Source: a virus | Strand: one strand, 5' to 3' | Length of the DNA stretch: 64,000 bases | IMG/VR virus record: IMGVR_UViG_3300009158_000001 | Span: 32,001 to 96,000 of that record | Part shown: one piece after another, positions 31,899 through 42,654 of the stretch | Layout: each line of letters opens with the position of its first letter | How positions within the stretch are numbered: position 1 is the first letter of the stretch | The notes under the pieces: generated by a model | The model's input: the letters and a program-made list of their open reading frames with translations, nothing else | Databases searched by the model: none | Told to the model about the DNA's origin: nothing | Made by a program: the position numbers and the translations under genes

Positions 31899-34800
31899 TA
31901 TAGTTTCCGCTCCATGTCAGAAGGTACACTGTATGTAGTGTTTATGTTTAGTCCAATACTTGAACCCGGAATTGCTTGGCGTAAAGACCTAGCATATTCT
32001 ACAGGATTGGTTCTATCAAGATTGAGACTTCTACTAGATATTCTAGCAGTTGCGCCATCTAAATATGACTTTTTCATTATACTTGTTGGTGCAGGAATAT
32101 TTGATTCTGAATAATCTGCGCCTAAAGCATCTGCCATATCCATACTTTGCCTACGATAACTATCACTGACAAGCGATCCACCACCAGTCAATGGTTGCAT
32201 TTGAGCATTACTATTCATTCCATAATTAGAAGGTGGTGGCGGTATATCACTTAATGGCTCATCATCATAGCCTTTAGTAAAGAGTGCATATAGACCAGCC
32301 ATTGCAGCCGCACCAATTCCAACAGTTCTAGCAAATTTATTCTCAAGTAAACCTTTAGCATCTTCTGCGCCAATAGACATTTCACTTCTCATTGACCTAA
32401 CAAAGTTTGCTTCAGCATTTACATTTCTTGTTTCCTCACTTATTCTAGAAGGAGCTGGCATAGGGGCAGGAGCTGTCTCAGCTTCATCAGCAAGCGACCC
32501 CATTGCTGTGTCAAGCCCCCCTCCTCCTTGGCGTGCCTGTGCCTTGTCAATCTCAGCTTGGTTACCTGCGGCAAGTCTTTGTTGAGCATCACTCATTTCA
32601 TTTGTTTTTTCTTCATAAAGACTTCTAAGATCAGCTTTTTCTCTTTCTCTTTGCTCAGGAGGAAGAGCATTTATTGATGAATTTAAAAGAGCAGTTCTTT
32701 CTGCTGCAGGTGCGCTAGCAAACGCAGCTTCAAAAGACCCATGATCTCCGGACGATAAAGCTCTAAGAACAGTAGTAGGCTCAATATCTTCTGCTTTTTT
32801 ACTTGCCTCTAAAGTACTTTTTGTAACTTTAGCTCTTGATAAACCTGAGGTTAATCCTTCCATTTGTTCAGGTGTTCTTTGAGGTAAAAGATAGTTAGAC
32901 TTTTGGCCATCTTTATCAGTGTAAAAGAATGAATCAAAAAACTCAGTGAAATAATTAGATCTTTTTTCTGGATTAGGCTCTGAGAGAATACGACCTACTG
33001 ATTCGGAGAATACGCTACCAAGTGTTCTATCAAGATGCTTAAAGCCAACCGCATTTTGTTCCATCTTATTAGCAAACACAGATAAGTCTTCTGCTTCTGT
33101 TCTTGTTATTGCCCCAGTCTCTTCAAGTATTCTTTTTATAAATCTTATTTCTTCTGCAGCATTAGAAGTTTGACCAATCTCAGACTGGCCAGACCATTTC
33201 ATAAATGCCTTCTGGACTTCACCTAATTCAAGGCTACCATTAGCTCCAAGTTTATCCTTAAGAGAATCTTTAATTATTGGATCAAATGCATTTTGACTTA
33301 TGTTATAGGATCTTTGTTGGTTAAACTGTTCTTTCATTGGCTCATCAGATGTTAAATCTCTAAGTTTTCCGTATGCCTCTTCGACCCCCTCAGGAGTGTT
33401 TAAAAGATGCTCATCTTCGGAGCTAACCTCAATCATTTTTGTTAAAGCAGCATCATGGTCAAAGTCGGCCGATGTTTTATTAGTGACGTTGCCACCCATT
33501 CTAACAAACTCTGCACCAGGAGTATCTTTTGATACAGTCTGGCCATTAGATATCCATTCTCCATATGCAGGAATTGATACACCACCTGCTTGGTCCATTT
33601 TAGGATTATATCTACCAGAGTATACACTCATAAACTCAGGACCAATGGAAGGAGGCTGTCCTGACATCATAGGCATGTCAGCTTTGCCAGCTAGTACATC
33701 CGCTCTGTATTTATTCAAATACGCAACTTCATGTTCGCGGCCAGCTGCTTGTGCTTTTTTTATTCTTAAATCAAAACTTTCATCTATTCGACTTCTTGAC
33801 AGGCCCATCTGATAAGGCTGCATATGAGTAGGCAAACTTTTATTTAATTCAGCTCCATAGACCGTTTCATATTTTGCTCCACTAATTCCACCTTCTAAAA
33901 GATGTGTTGTGATTCCAATACTTTCTTTATTCAAATCACCTTTAAATTCTCCAAACGCGCCATGTAATAGCTGAACAAGGTCATCGTCGATATTTTCCAT
34001 GTTCTTTTCAAGCATGTCAAAAATTCTACCAATGATATTCTTTAGTTTTAAATCTTCAGTTAATCTTGCTGATCTAGAATCTTTTACAGTAGAGGCGTTT
34101 AGTAGATTAGCAGAAGGAAGATACTCCATAGTATTTTCGGAATATTTTACAAACCCTCCAGTCTGTCTAAGCTGTTCAAGAGTTCCTCTTCTTTTTGCCA
34201 TTTCAGTTGCATATAATTCATCTGGTATTTTTGCACTAAGATCTAAGACTGTGTCTGAACCAACTTTACCAGCCTCTCCAACTGGCTGACTGCCAACTCT
34301 ATTTGCCATTTCTTGTACAGAAGATACATAAGCAGGATCTAGAGGAGTAATTCCTTGAAGAGCCTGATCAAAAGCAAGCATGTGTCGTTTACGGTATGGA
34401 CTGCCTTCTGCTGCAATAGTACTTCTTGTAGAGTCGTAAATCTCTTCTACGTAACGTCTTTCAAGCTTAGCGTCATTGTTAGAATCCAATGAGAAATCAC
34501 GACTTGTTTGAACATTCAATCCAACAACGGCAGGAGATGATTCAATTCCAGCCATAAGACTTGCTTGGTGTTCTTTATTGAATCCTAAAGCTTTTAACAT
34601 ATTTGTCGTTGCAGCTTGCTGGCCTTCCATCATTTCTGCTAAGCCAGGAAAGCCAGTACCTTTTTGTTCTAACCCAAAAATTAATCCATATACAGCTTCT
34701 TGATATGGTCTACGTTGATTATTAGGAGTGTTAATTTTTAAATGCTGATTTACTTTCTTAAGCATTACAAGTAGTGCGTTAGTATCTTTTTCAGAATAGC

Positions 34801-37759
34801 GTGCCCCTTGCAAAGCCTGTGCTGCCGCGTGAAAGTCTTGAAGTGTATTTTTAAATCCTTTTATATATTTTTCCTGTGCAGGTACAGGCAACTTCGAGTC
34901 TACTGATGCAATTTGTTTATAGAAATCTGAATCTACTAACATATCATCTGCAGGTAGTACCGCATCAAGCGTTGATCCGGTAAACTTACTTGTAGCATAT
35001 TGCTGTTGGCCACGAATTGCTAATGTATTACCCTCTTTATATATTTCTTTACCTTCTGCAATATGCGAAACATCTTCTGTTAGAGATTCAGCAGCAACAT
35101 TATAAAGATTTCTTTGCTCATCAGTTAAAGGACCCATTGCGGAGTCATCTCTTATCTGACCAAGAACTTGTTGTTTATTTCTTTGTATTGCTTCTTCTCT
35201 GGCTGGATTAGTTGCCATGGCATCTAGTTCATTTGTTCGCTCTAAGTTAACTTGAGAAACAGTCTTATCAAGATCATTCTTCCTTGCTCTTTCAAGTTTT
35301 TCTAACTCTTCCTCTCTAATACTTCTGGTCCATTGCCCTGTTGTACTTTCTTCTTCATATCTAGCTAGGCGCTTTTTGTGTCGCTCTTCAGCTTTAGCTT
35401 TCTCTTCTTTTACCTTTGCATCGTACTTTGCATTGATGTTAATAGTCTCTTCAGACTCAACATCAGCAATTGCAGAAAAAAGATGTTGGTTAGTTTTTGT
35501 ACCGCCTTCTAGCTTTCCTGCTCCTGCAGGCACTTCTCTGCCAAAAGCAAGTTTATAGCCACCTTCAATTGGGATAACATCTTGAAGTAGCACTCTTCCT
35601 TGAGAAGCTGTTCCTCCCGCATCAACAAAAGTATTTTCTATTGTTCCGTTGTTTAAGCGCCGACGACCAAGAGCTTCTCCTTCTGAAAAACCAACACCTG
35701 ATCTTTCTTGCATATCGAAAATCATTCTTTGTCTTTGCATAGGATCAGCGTCGCCTAAAGCATCTACTTCCTCTAAGAAAGGTTGTAACTTTGGATTGTA
35801 TTCAAAAGGATAACTTTCAGTTCCCGTTTCAATGCTAGTTCGTCTTCCTGGTCGAATGAATGTTCCTTCAACTTGTTCAGCATTAGGATTAATTAGACCT
35901 CTTGAACCTTCAAGGAAAATCTCAGGACTTCTTGCTTGGCCTCTAGGAGTAGAGAAAACAGCGCCAGTAACAAATGGCTCAAGTCCACTTTGAAGCATTC
36001 CTTTAAACGCACCACTTCTAAATGGATAAGCATCTAAAAGCATTGCCTTTGAACCCATAGGATTACCTATAACACGCGCCTGATTACCTACACGCGAAAG
36101 TGCTGTTCTGCTACCAGGATTAACAACAGTTAAAGGGTTATTAAGATGTCTATTAGTTCTTCTGCCAAGTGGAATTACACTTACAGGCTTAACTCCACCT
36201 GCAGTATTTTCTAATTCTCCAGCAAAAGTACCCATATAGATACCAGCTTCTGGTCCATTCATTCCTGCCTCTGCCCAGTGGTAAATTCCTTTATCACCTT
36301 GCTTTGCACCTGCTACTGGAAAAAGAGAAACACCTTGGGCTTGTGCTATTTTTAAATGTGCGTTAAACCGCTCAACAGGTTCAATGCCTACAATACTTCT
36401 CTCTTCTTGCATAAGGATTTGCGAATGTTTTCTTGCCACTGCAACTAAAGGATTTTTTGTTGGATCTATCTCTTCCATGTATCGAATAGCTTCATCAGAG
36501 CTTTCAGCTGACGAGAAAAGAATCTCTTCTGCAGATCTAACTTTTCCAGCTTCTAAGGCTTCAGCTACATCTAAGTATTTACCAGTTTGAGGATTCCAAA
36601 TATTATCGTGACCTGTTATTGCTGGAGTTGAAGCAATGTCAGTTCCAGTATTATCAATGTTAATGACTTTGCCAACTGGCGAGTACATGCTTGAACCAGA
36701 TTTTCCTCTGAAGTAGATATGCCCCTGAGCCTTGCCTTGTTCACCAACAAAATAATCTCCTGCCTCTCCTAGTGGTAAATTAATTTCACCACTATTAACT
36801 CTTACTCTTGCATATCTAAATGAACGAGGAGCTGCACCTTCTGGCTGACCAAACGAACTCATAATTTCATATATGTCGCCTTGACCAGGATTAAACTGGA
36901 ATCTTCCCCCTAATTTAGATTGAAGTGCTTTCTGGTATTCGCCTAATTTTGCTTGCTCTGCTTGTGTAAGAGAGGCAAGAGATAAGTCTCTTGTGCTAGT
37001 TGGCATTTTGTTAAATTTATCAAAACGAGACATTGCACTCATAACTTGATTTCCATTATCAAGTCTTAGTCCTATAGCTGCAGGTATTTTATCTGAAGCT
37101 CTACTTGCGTTTAAGAAACGAGTATTTGATCTGTGATAGTAATCAAAAATATTTCCAAGGCCTTCTACGCTAGCTTCTGCCGCTTGGCGAAAACTTTCAA
37201 GCATACCTATAGTTTCTGCATAAGTAGCGCCCATTAAGCGACTCTTTATATTGCCAATAAGTTTTTCATTACGAGGATCAGACACGAATCCAGAAAGACG
37301 CTTATCGCCATTGATCATATCAAGAACAGACTTCTTAGCTGCCGTTAATGAAAGAATTGCGCCTTCAGCTTCTCTCCCTAGATACATAACATTATTTAAT
37401 GCATTGTTCTGTGCTCTTGCCGCTTGCTCTGCAGTTGCCCCTACAAAGCTTCCCGCTTGAGTTGTGCCATATTCTTTAATCCTATCTAGAACTTCAGAAG
37501 TTACGGTTGACTGCAACTTTAGAATCTGTTCGCTGAAACTTAAAGCCTTATTACTCCCCATCCTTCCTCTTGCCTGAGAAACCATCGAGAAGAATGTAGT
37601 GTTGGGTCTAGGTGGGCTAGCAGGAAAAGATGCAAAGCCAGGACTAAGTAGCATTCTTGCAACTTGAGGTGTAAGTTCAGCACCAGTTGCTTTACCCGCT
37701 TCCTTTGTTGCCATACTCCCGTATAATATAGCACCTAAACTTGTTAAGAACTCTTGCAT
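31898..37759 (-). CDS. 1953-aa tail-module protein; putative virion-carried single-chain two-barrel RNA polymerase(-like) protein
   Basis: ADFDHD (DxDxD at 33452-33466), preceded by GQPPSIG and followed by EIGQTSNAA and QNAVGFKH; upstream GAGKLEGGTK; C-terminal hydrophobic helix. Confidence 0.55.
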   Translation of the reverse strand: MQEFLTSLGAILYGSMATKEAGKATGAELTPQVARMLLSPGFASFPASPPRPNTTFFSMVSQARGRMGSNKALSFSEQILKLQSTVTSEVLDRIKEYGTTQAGSFVGATAEQAARAQNNALNNVMYLGREAEGAILSLTAAKKSVLDMINGDKRLSGFVSDPRNEKLIGNIKSRLMGATYAETIGMLESFRQAAEASVEGLGNIFDYYHRSNTRFLNASRASDKIPAAIGLRLDNGNQVMSAMSRFDKFNKMPTSTRDLSLASLTQAEQAKLGEYQKALQSKLGGRFQFNPGQGDIYEIMSSFGQPEGAAPRSFRYARVRVNSGEINLPLGEAGDYFVGEQGKAQGHIYFRGKSGSSMYSPVGKVINIDNTGTDIASTPAITGHDNIWNPQTGKYLDVAEALEAGKVRSAEEILFSSAESSDEAIRYMEEIDPTKNPLVAVARKHSQILMQEERSIVGIEPVERFNAHLKIAQAQGVSLFPVAGAKQGDKGIYHWAEAGMNGPEAGIYMGTFAGELENTAGGVKPVSVIPLGRRTNRHLNNPLTVVNPGSRTALSRVGNQARVIGNPMGSKAMLLDAYPFRSGAFKGMLQSGLEPFVTGAVFSTPRGQARSPEIFLEGSRGLINPNAEQVEGTFIRPGRRTSIETGTESYPFEYNPKLQPFLEEVDALGDADPMQRQRMIFDMQERSGVGFSEGEALGRRRLNNGTIENTFVDAGGTASQGRVLLQDVIPIEGGYKLAFGREVPAGAGKLEGGTKTNQHLFSAIADVESEETININAKYDAKVKEEKAKAEERHKKRLARYEEESTTGQWTRSIREEELEKLERARKNDLDKTVSQVNLERTNELDAMATNPAREEAIQRNKQQVLGQIRDDSAMGPLTDEQRNLYNVAAESLTEDVSHIAEGKEIYKEGNTLAIRGQQQYATSKFTGSTLDAVLPADDMLVDSDFYKQIASVDSKLPVPAQEKYIKGFKNTLQDFHAAAQALQGARYSEKDTNALLVMLKKVNQHLKINTPNNQRRPYQEAVYGLIFGLEQKGTGFPGLAEMMEGQQAATTNMLKALGFNKEHQASLMAGIESSPAVVGLNVQTSRDFSLDSNNDAKLERRYVEEIYDSTRSTIAAEGSPYRKRHMLAFDQALQGITPLDPAYVSSVQEMANRVGSQPVGEAGKVGSDTVLDLSAKIPDELYATEMAKRRGTLEQLRQTGGFVKYSENTMEYLPSANLLNASTVKDSRSARLTEDLKLKNIIGRIFDMLEKNMENIDDDLVQLLHGAFGEFKGDLNKESIGITTHLLEGGISGAKYETVYGAELNKSLPTHMQPYQMGLSRSRIDESFDLRIKKAQAAGREHEVAYLNKYRADVLAGKADMPMMSGQPPSIGPEFMSVYSGRYNPKMDQAGGVSIPAYGEWISNGQTVSKDTPGAEFVRMGGNVTNKTSADFDHDAALTKMIEVSSEDEHLLNTPEGVEEAYGKLRDLTSDEPMKEQFNQQRSYNISQNAFDPIIKDSLKDKLGANGSLELGEVQKAFMKWSGQSEIGQTSNAAEEIRFIKRILEETGAITRTEAEDLSVFANKMEQNAVGFKHLDRTLGSVFSESVGRILSEPNPEKRSNYFTEFFDSFFYTDKDGQKSNYLLPQRTPEQMEGLTSGLSRAKVTKSTLEASKKAEDIEPTTVLRALSSGDHGSFEAAFASAPAAERTALLNSSINALPPEQREREKADLRSLYEEKTNEMSDAQQRLAAGNQAEIDKAQARQGGGGLDTAMGSLADEAETAPAPMPAPSRISEETRNVNAEANFVRSMRSEMSIGAEDAKGLLENKFARTVGIGAAAMAGLYALFTKGYDDEPLSDIPPPPSNYGMNSNAQMQPLTGGGSLVSDSYRRQSMDMADALGADYSESNIPAPTSIMKKSYLDGATARISSRSLNLDRTNPVEYARSLRQAIPGSSIGLNINTTYSVPSDMERKL

Positions 37760-37777
37760 TGTAAATACCCGCTATTC

Positions 37778-40700
37778 TTACTGCTCAAAGGGATTAACAG
37801 AAATGCTATTTCTTATATCAATGCTGATTGACGAATCAAACCGATTAGGTCCTTGAATATTATAACTATAATTACCATAGACATCATTAGCATTATTAAC
37901 TGCTGACATTGCCTTGTGTGGATTGATAAATTTAAACTTGTTTAGATCTTGAACAGCTTGTTCATCAATATAAGGCTTTCTAGACATATAAGATGCGCGG
38001 CTGGGATAGATACCAAAGTCATGGTAATTCATACCTTCACTTTCAATGTATTTTAGCTTTACATCCTCTAAATCTACTGCAGGATTAAATCCAATCCAGT
38101 CAGCTCTTGGCATACTTTTATGTTGAAAGTATTGACTAACTTCCATTTCTCTCATTGCCTGAGCTTCATCTGGATTTGCAGCTTCTCCGTACCCCATTTT
38201 TTCTTTTAAGTTTGTCAAGTCCGCTGCATAGTCCATGCCGAATGTAGACATAGGCCCAGCTCCGGCAGCTCTATTAATAGCATCAAGATCCTTTCCTAGA
38301 TAAAAGTCTCTCATTGTTTTTTGTTTATACTCAGGCAAAGCCTCTATGATTTCTTCCTGTCGACCAGGATTGAATTCTCTAGCAAAGCCAGTTGCAAAAA
38401 CAGATTCACGTCCTCCAAGTGTGCTACCAAGACTTTCATCTGAGACATAACCCGAAGAACCAATAATTGTTTTCTGTGCAATGTTTTGATATTGCTTTGC
38501 TAGTCTGTCATCCCCAGAAAATGTTGCTGCTTTAGAAAGACCACTATATTTAGCATATTTAAGCTTATCAAAGTATTCTTCTGTATCTCTTTTCTTTCTT
38601 AGTCCAGGTGATTCAAAATCTATACCAAGCCAACTATGAACTGCACTTTTTACAGCAGGAGCAATCCAGTCAGCAATGGGAGAGTCCCATCCTTTCATTT
38701 CGCTACCATACATTTCACGACTCTGATAGTCTTCTAACACGTCTCTGTATGGAAGTAATTTGTTTATTGGAGCAGCACCAAAAGCCATTATATGCTCAAT
38801 AGGTTGAGCTACTCTATTGGCAAAGTGAGTTGTTGCTTCCCACCCAGCACCTATAGCCTTTCCTAGGTAGTTTGTCATTGCAAAATTACCAATAGGAGAA
38901 TACTCTTTAGCAAACTTGCCTTCAGATCTTAACTCTTTGTTGACATTGAATCCATTGTTTCTAACTGCAGCTTTTATAATTCCGTCATCGTCGACTGCTT
39001 GCCCAATTGAAGCAGGAACACTTACTGTTACTCCTTGGCCAACTTGAATCTCATCAGAGAAAACTTCCTCATTCTTCTTTTTCATTTTTGCAGCTTTTAT
39101 TTGCGAATAGTTAAATTCACTAATTAAAGCATCAACATTATTAGTTATTCCTGCAACACCAAATTTACCTCCATATCCTTCAAGTGTAAAAGTCATGGAC
39201 TGGGGATCTACTGAAGCAATTGTTCCAGAAATATTATCATAGCTACTTGGTTTGAATTGATAAGAGTCAAACTCTCTTCTGTTCTTTTTCTCTTTCATCA
39301 TCTGTTCATGGCGATACAAAAAGCCACGCTCTGGGGCAGTCATCTCATCTGAATCTCTCATTAGTTTTGCTTTGTGGAGAGTTCCTTTATACTGAGGAGA
39401 ATAAGGCGATACATCACCCAGCACATTTAACTTATGAAGAAGTGGATAATCTTCAGGATTTACACCCTTTAACTCAGGGTGTAAAGCTTCATATCCTTCT
39501 CCCGGCATCCTATACTCACCTTCTCCATGTCTTGCTGATGTATATGGATTGCCATATTTGAAACTATCAGGAAGCCAATTAGGCATTGAGTTACGTATCG
39601 GATTGTATTGTTTATTTTCATCTTGATGTACAAATCGACGTATTGCTTCTGATGTAAATGGGATTCCCATAAATGAACCACCACCATGCAGATCATAGAA
39701 CTTTGAATCAATATCCATGTTTCTAGAAAAAGATTCTAACTCTTGGCGCTGGTCACCCACTTTACTAGTTCCGGTAAGGTAGCCCTTAGCGCTCTTTGCA
39801 TAGAAGCCAACAAGGCCACCTAGAGAAGTTGCCTCTTGCCAGAACTTGCCAAGAACACGAGAACCTTGGTACGGAGAAACAGGTGCTGCCATTGCAATGC
39901 CACCAATTCTCTGATCAGGTATTTCCTCTAATCCAGTTGTTCTTTCTAGATATTTTGTCTTACCATCCTTTGACTCTCTTTTCCATTCGCCAACATGCAT
40001 TAACTTTGGTCTTTTTATAAGATCAGCAATCGGTTGTATTGCAGGATATATAAAAGGAATCTGATCAAATGCTGCTCCGGTTATAGGAGAAGGTCTCTTG
40101 TAATAATTTTCTCTTTCTAGTTTATATGTAAAGTTTTTAAGAAAAAATTCTGCGACTGGACCATGATTGCCTGAACTACCAGCTTGTGTTGCTCCAGATG
40201 AAAGTCTTGCTATTAGAGAAGGTCGCTGGTAAAGAACGTCGTCTCCTCCATATCCGCCCTGTCCCATTTCCCAGCTTTGATTTCTTCTTACAGTTTCAAG
40301 TCTTTTACCTTGGTTTAATTCTCTTAACTCTCTTGGTCTTTCTACTGTACCTAATCCGCCAGTTCCCAGAAACCATCCAAGAGCTGCAATACCCGAAGCA
40401 TAAGCAATAGCTTTTATTCGAGGAGCATTTTCAACTGCTTTAATAACGCGTTTAAAAACACTTCTTTCATTTCTTAAAATCTTTTGGCGGCCTTCTTCAT
40501 ATGTAAAGTCTGTTACCTTTTCTGCGAGGACTGACAAGTTACTCTTATCATTAATCTTGCCAATTGGATTATTTAGTACTCCATGTTGACCAGATTCTTC
40601 TAAGCTTTTTACATATGAAAGAGTATCTCTTTCCACGGCGGAGATTTGATGTTCAGTCAATCCACTTAAGTCAAATGCTGAACTTCTTGGTGTCGAATGT

Positions 40701-42628
40701 CTTTGATGCAAGATTTCATTTCTTTGCCGTCTTATTGATTTAATCTGATCATCAAGTTCGTCCTGCAAAGCAACATGCTGAGCATTATCAACATTGCGCA
40801 TCCTCTCATGGTATTCAGCTTTAACTCTTACTACTTCTCCGCTTGTCTGGCGTATATGCCCAGCAACTTCACGAAGTGGAAGATTTGCTAAGTCTTGAAA
40901 TTGTTGGAGTAGATACTTTTCTCTCTGTCCAACTTCTACAACTTTATTTTTATTTAGAAATCTTTGTAACGTAACAAAACCTGCGCCTAAAGCAATACCA
41001 ACACCAAGCGCAGTTGTTGGATTAGTTGATCCTGGCATCATTTCTTCAAATGATCTTCTCCAGTCATTTATAAGAGTTGCTTCACCTATGTAACTTCTAA
41101 TCTCATTTGCTCTGCCAATCAAGTTGGCAACACCGGGTATTGGGCCAGCCGCAAAGGGCCCTACACCAATCATCCCTAGTCCGCCTACAGCACCGCCTAT
41201 CAACATACCTGGCAGGGTCCTCTTGCGTAGTTTATTCGCAATTAAACCACCTGCTATTGCAAGACCAGTTGTTTGTAGAGCTCCGGCAACTTCTTTATTA
41301 ATTCCCTCTCCATTTTTCATGCTATAACCAAGTTGGTTAATAGCCATAAGACCAGCACCAACAGTTGTAGCTAGTCGACTATATCGACCAAGCATAGCAA
41401 ATGCATGACCATGTTGGATTCTAGGAGTTAAATTATTTTCTGTTAGCGTAGAGTAGATTGACTTCTTGACATCTGGGAAAAGATATTCAAAGAAAGATCC
41501 AACCTCATTAAACATCTCAGAGAAAAGATTAGATGTTCTAGTTAAAGCATAGCTAGTATATGACTCTGCATGAAAAAGTTTATTAGATCTTTCTTCAGCG
41601 GTTTTACCTAATAAATTTTTAAAGAATTTAAAAGGTCCCCACTCAGAAACACTTTTCTCTCCTCCATATAAAACATTTCCGAAGTTAAGTCGCTTACCAA
41701 CTCCAGAGAAAAACTTTCTAATGCTTGGATCTAATTCTCCTTTACCAATAAGCACATAGCCTTCATCTCCGCCAACCTTCTCAGCATAAGTTGCACCAGT
41801 TGATCGTTCTTTCAAGCCTAGACTGGGATCTATACCAATTAAGACTGACTCTGTATACTTGCCTTTGTCGGCCAAGATAACGTCACTTGCAAGGGCTCTA
41901 CCTTTAGGCACTACCTTGCCAGATAAATCAACTTTACCTTCACGAACCTGACCATCTTGGTAAACAAGGTAGTCAATAAGGTTTAATTTTTTTCTATCTA
42001 TTCCAAACTGTTGGCTATAAAAATCAAGAGTTCTATCTCTTGAAACTTCGCCAAGAGATCTAAGACTGACATCTAACGATATAGGTGTACTGCCTCTATC
42101 AACTGAGTAAGATAAGACATCTGTTAAATAGGTAGCTTTTGTAAATAGCTTAATAACATTATCAAAAATTGGTAGCCCAAGACCTTGCTGTTGTAGCTTT
42201 GTAAGGCCTGAGTACCAAAACTTGCCAGGGTCAGAAGTCTCTGCTCCTAGAGCAGCAAAGTCAGTTGCTTTATTAATTAAAGCAGCTCTGACATTCTTAA
42301 TGGCGTTTTTACCAGTTCTTAATTTGAATACATCACCCACTTCTTTGATGTGGTTTTCTGTACGCATAGACCAGCGTTGGAACTTCCTACTTGTGAGTAT
42401 ATCATGCGCACCCTCTGCAAGGTGTGGTGCAGTATTGTATACAAGATAAGCAACTGCACTCTTTACACCAAAGCTTGCAAGCTGTGCAGAAGTTGGAATT
42501 TCTTCGCCAGCGGCTTCCGAGCTTTCAGCCCAGACATCTTGTGCCTCTGAGTACTTACTGCGCTCTGCGGAATCAACTAGTGGTTGATTCAAAGCAAGTT
42601 GCTGTGACAGATAGGTAGGTAAGGCCAT
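37778..42628 (-). CDS. Tape-measure-like protein, 1616 aa, with a degenerate SNase-like OB domain
   Basis: Follows the tube and chaperone genes; helical, with several Gly/Ala-rich hydrophobic segments (e.g. TLPGMLIGGAVGGLGMIGVGPFAAG). Confidence 0.65.
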   Translation of the reverse strand: MALPTYLSQQLALNQPLVDSAERSKYSEAQDVWAESSEAAGEEIPTSAQLASFGVKSAVAYLVYNTAPHLAEGAHDILTSRKFQRWSMRTENHIKEVGDVFKLRTGKNAIKNVRAALINKATDFAALGAETSDPGKFWYSGLTKLQQQGLGLPIFDNVIKLFTKATYLTDVLSYSVDRGSTPISLDVSLRSLGEVSRDRTLDFYSQQFGIDRKKLNLIDYLVYQDGQVREGKVDLSGKVVPKGRALASDVILADKGKYTESVLIGIDPSLGLKERSTGATYAEKVGGDEGYVLIGKGELDPSIRKFFSGVGKRLNFGNVLYGGEKSVSEWGPFKFFKNLLGKTAEERSNKLFHAESYTSYALTRTSNLFSEMFNEVGSFFEYLFPDVKKSIYSTLTENNLTPRIQHGHAFAMLGRYSRLATTVGAGLMAINQLGYSMKNGEGINKEVAGALQTTGLAIAGGLIANKLRKRTLPGMLIGGAVGGLGMIGVGPFAAGPIPGVANLIGRANEIRSYIGEATLINDWRRSFEEMMPGSTNPTTALGVGIALGAGFVTLQRFLNKNKVVEVGQREKYLLQQFQDLANLPLREVAGHIRQTSGEVVRVKAEYHERMRNVDNAQHVALQDELDDQIKSIRRQRNEILHQRHSTPRSSAFDLSGLTEHQISAVERDTLSYVKSLEESGQHGVLNNPIGKINDKSNLSVLAEKVTDFTYEEGRQKILRNERSVFKRVIKAVENAPRIKAIAYASGIAALGWFLGTGGLGTVERPRELRELNQGKRLETVRRNQSWEMGQGGYGGDDVLYQRPSLIARLSSGATQAGSSGNHGPVAEFFLKNFTYKLERENYYKRPSPITGAAFDQIPFIYPAIQPIADLIKRPKLMHVGEWKRESKDGKTKYLERTTGLEEIPDQRIGGIAMAAPVSPYQGSRVLGKFWQEATSLGGLVGFYAKSAKGYLTGTSKVGDQRQELESFSRNMDIDSKFYDLHGGGSFMGIPFTSEAIRRFVHQDENKQYNPIRNSMPNWLPDSFKYGNPYTSARHGEGEYRMPGEGYEALHPELKGVNPEDYPLLHKLNVLGDVSPYSPQYKGTLHKAKLMRDSDEMTAPERGFLYRHEQMMKEKKNRREFDSYQFKPSSYDNISGTIASVDPQSMTFTLEGYGGKFGVAGITNNVDALISEFNYSQIKAAKMKKKNEEVFSDEIQVGQGVTVSVPASIGQAVDDDGIIKAAVRNNGFNVNKELRSEGKFAKEYSPIGNFAMTNYLGKAIGAGWEATTHFANRVAQPIEHIMAFGAAPINKLLPYRDVLEDYQSREMYGSEMKGWDSPIADWIAPAVKSAVHSWLGIDFESPGLRKKRDTEEYFDKLKYAKYSGLSKAATFSGDDRLAKQYQNIAQKTIIGSSGYVSDESLGSTLGGRESVFATGFAREFNPGRQEEIIEALPEYKQKTMRDFYLGKDLDAINRAAGAGPMSTFGMDYAADLTNLKEKMGYGEAANPDEAQAMREMEVSQYFQHKSMPRADWIGFNPAVDLEDVKLKYIESEGMNYHDFGIYPSRASYMSRKPYIDEQAVQDLNKFKFINPHKAMSAVNNANDVYGNYSYNIQGPNRFDSSISIDIRNSISVNPFEQ

Positions 42629-42654
42629 GGTTTCCTTTAAGAGACTGTTCTATA

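Noticed and set aside
24513-42628. Inteins explaining the very large proteins
   Set aside because: No C/S...HN-C/S/T splice junction pair or LAGLIDADG motif was recognised by eye.
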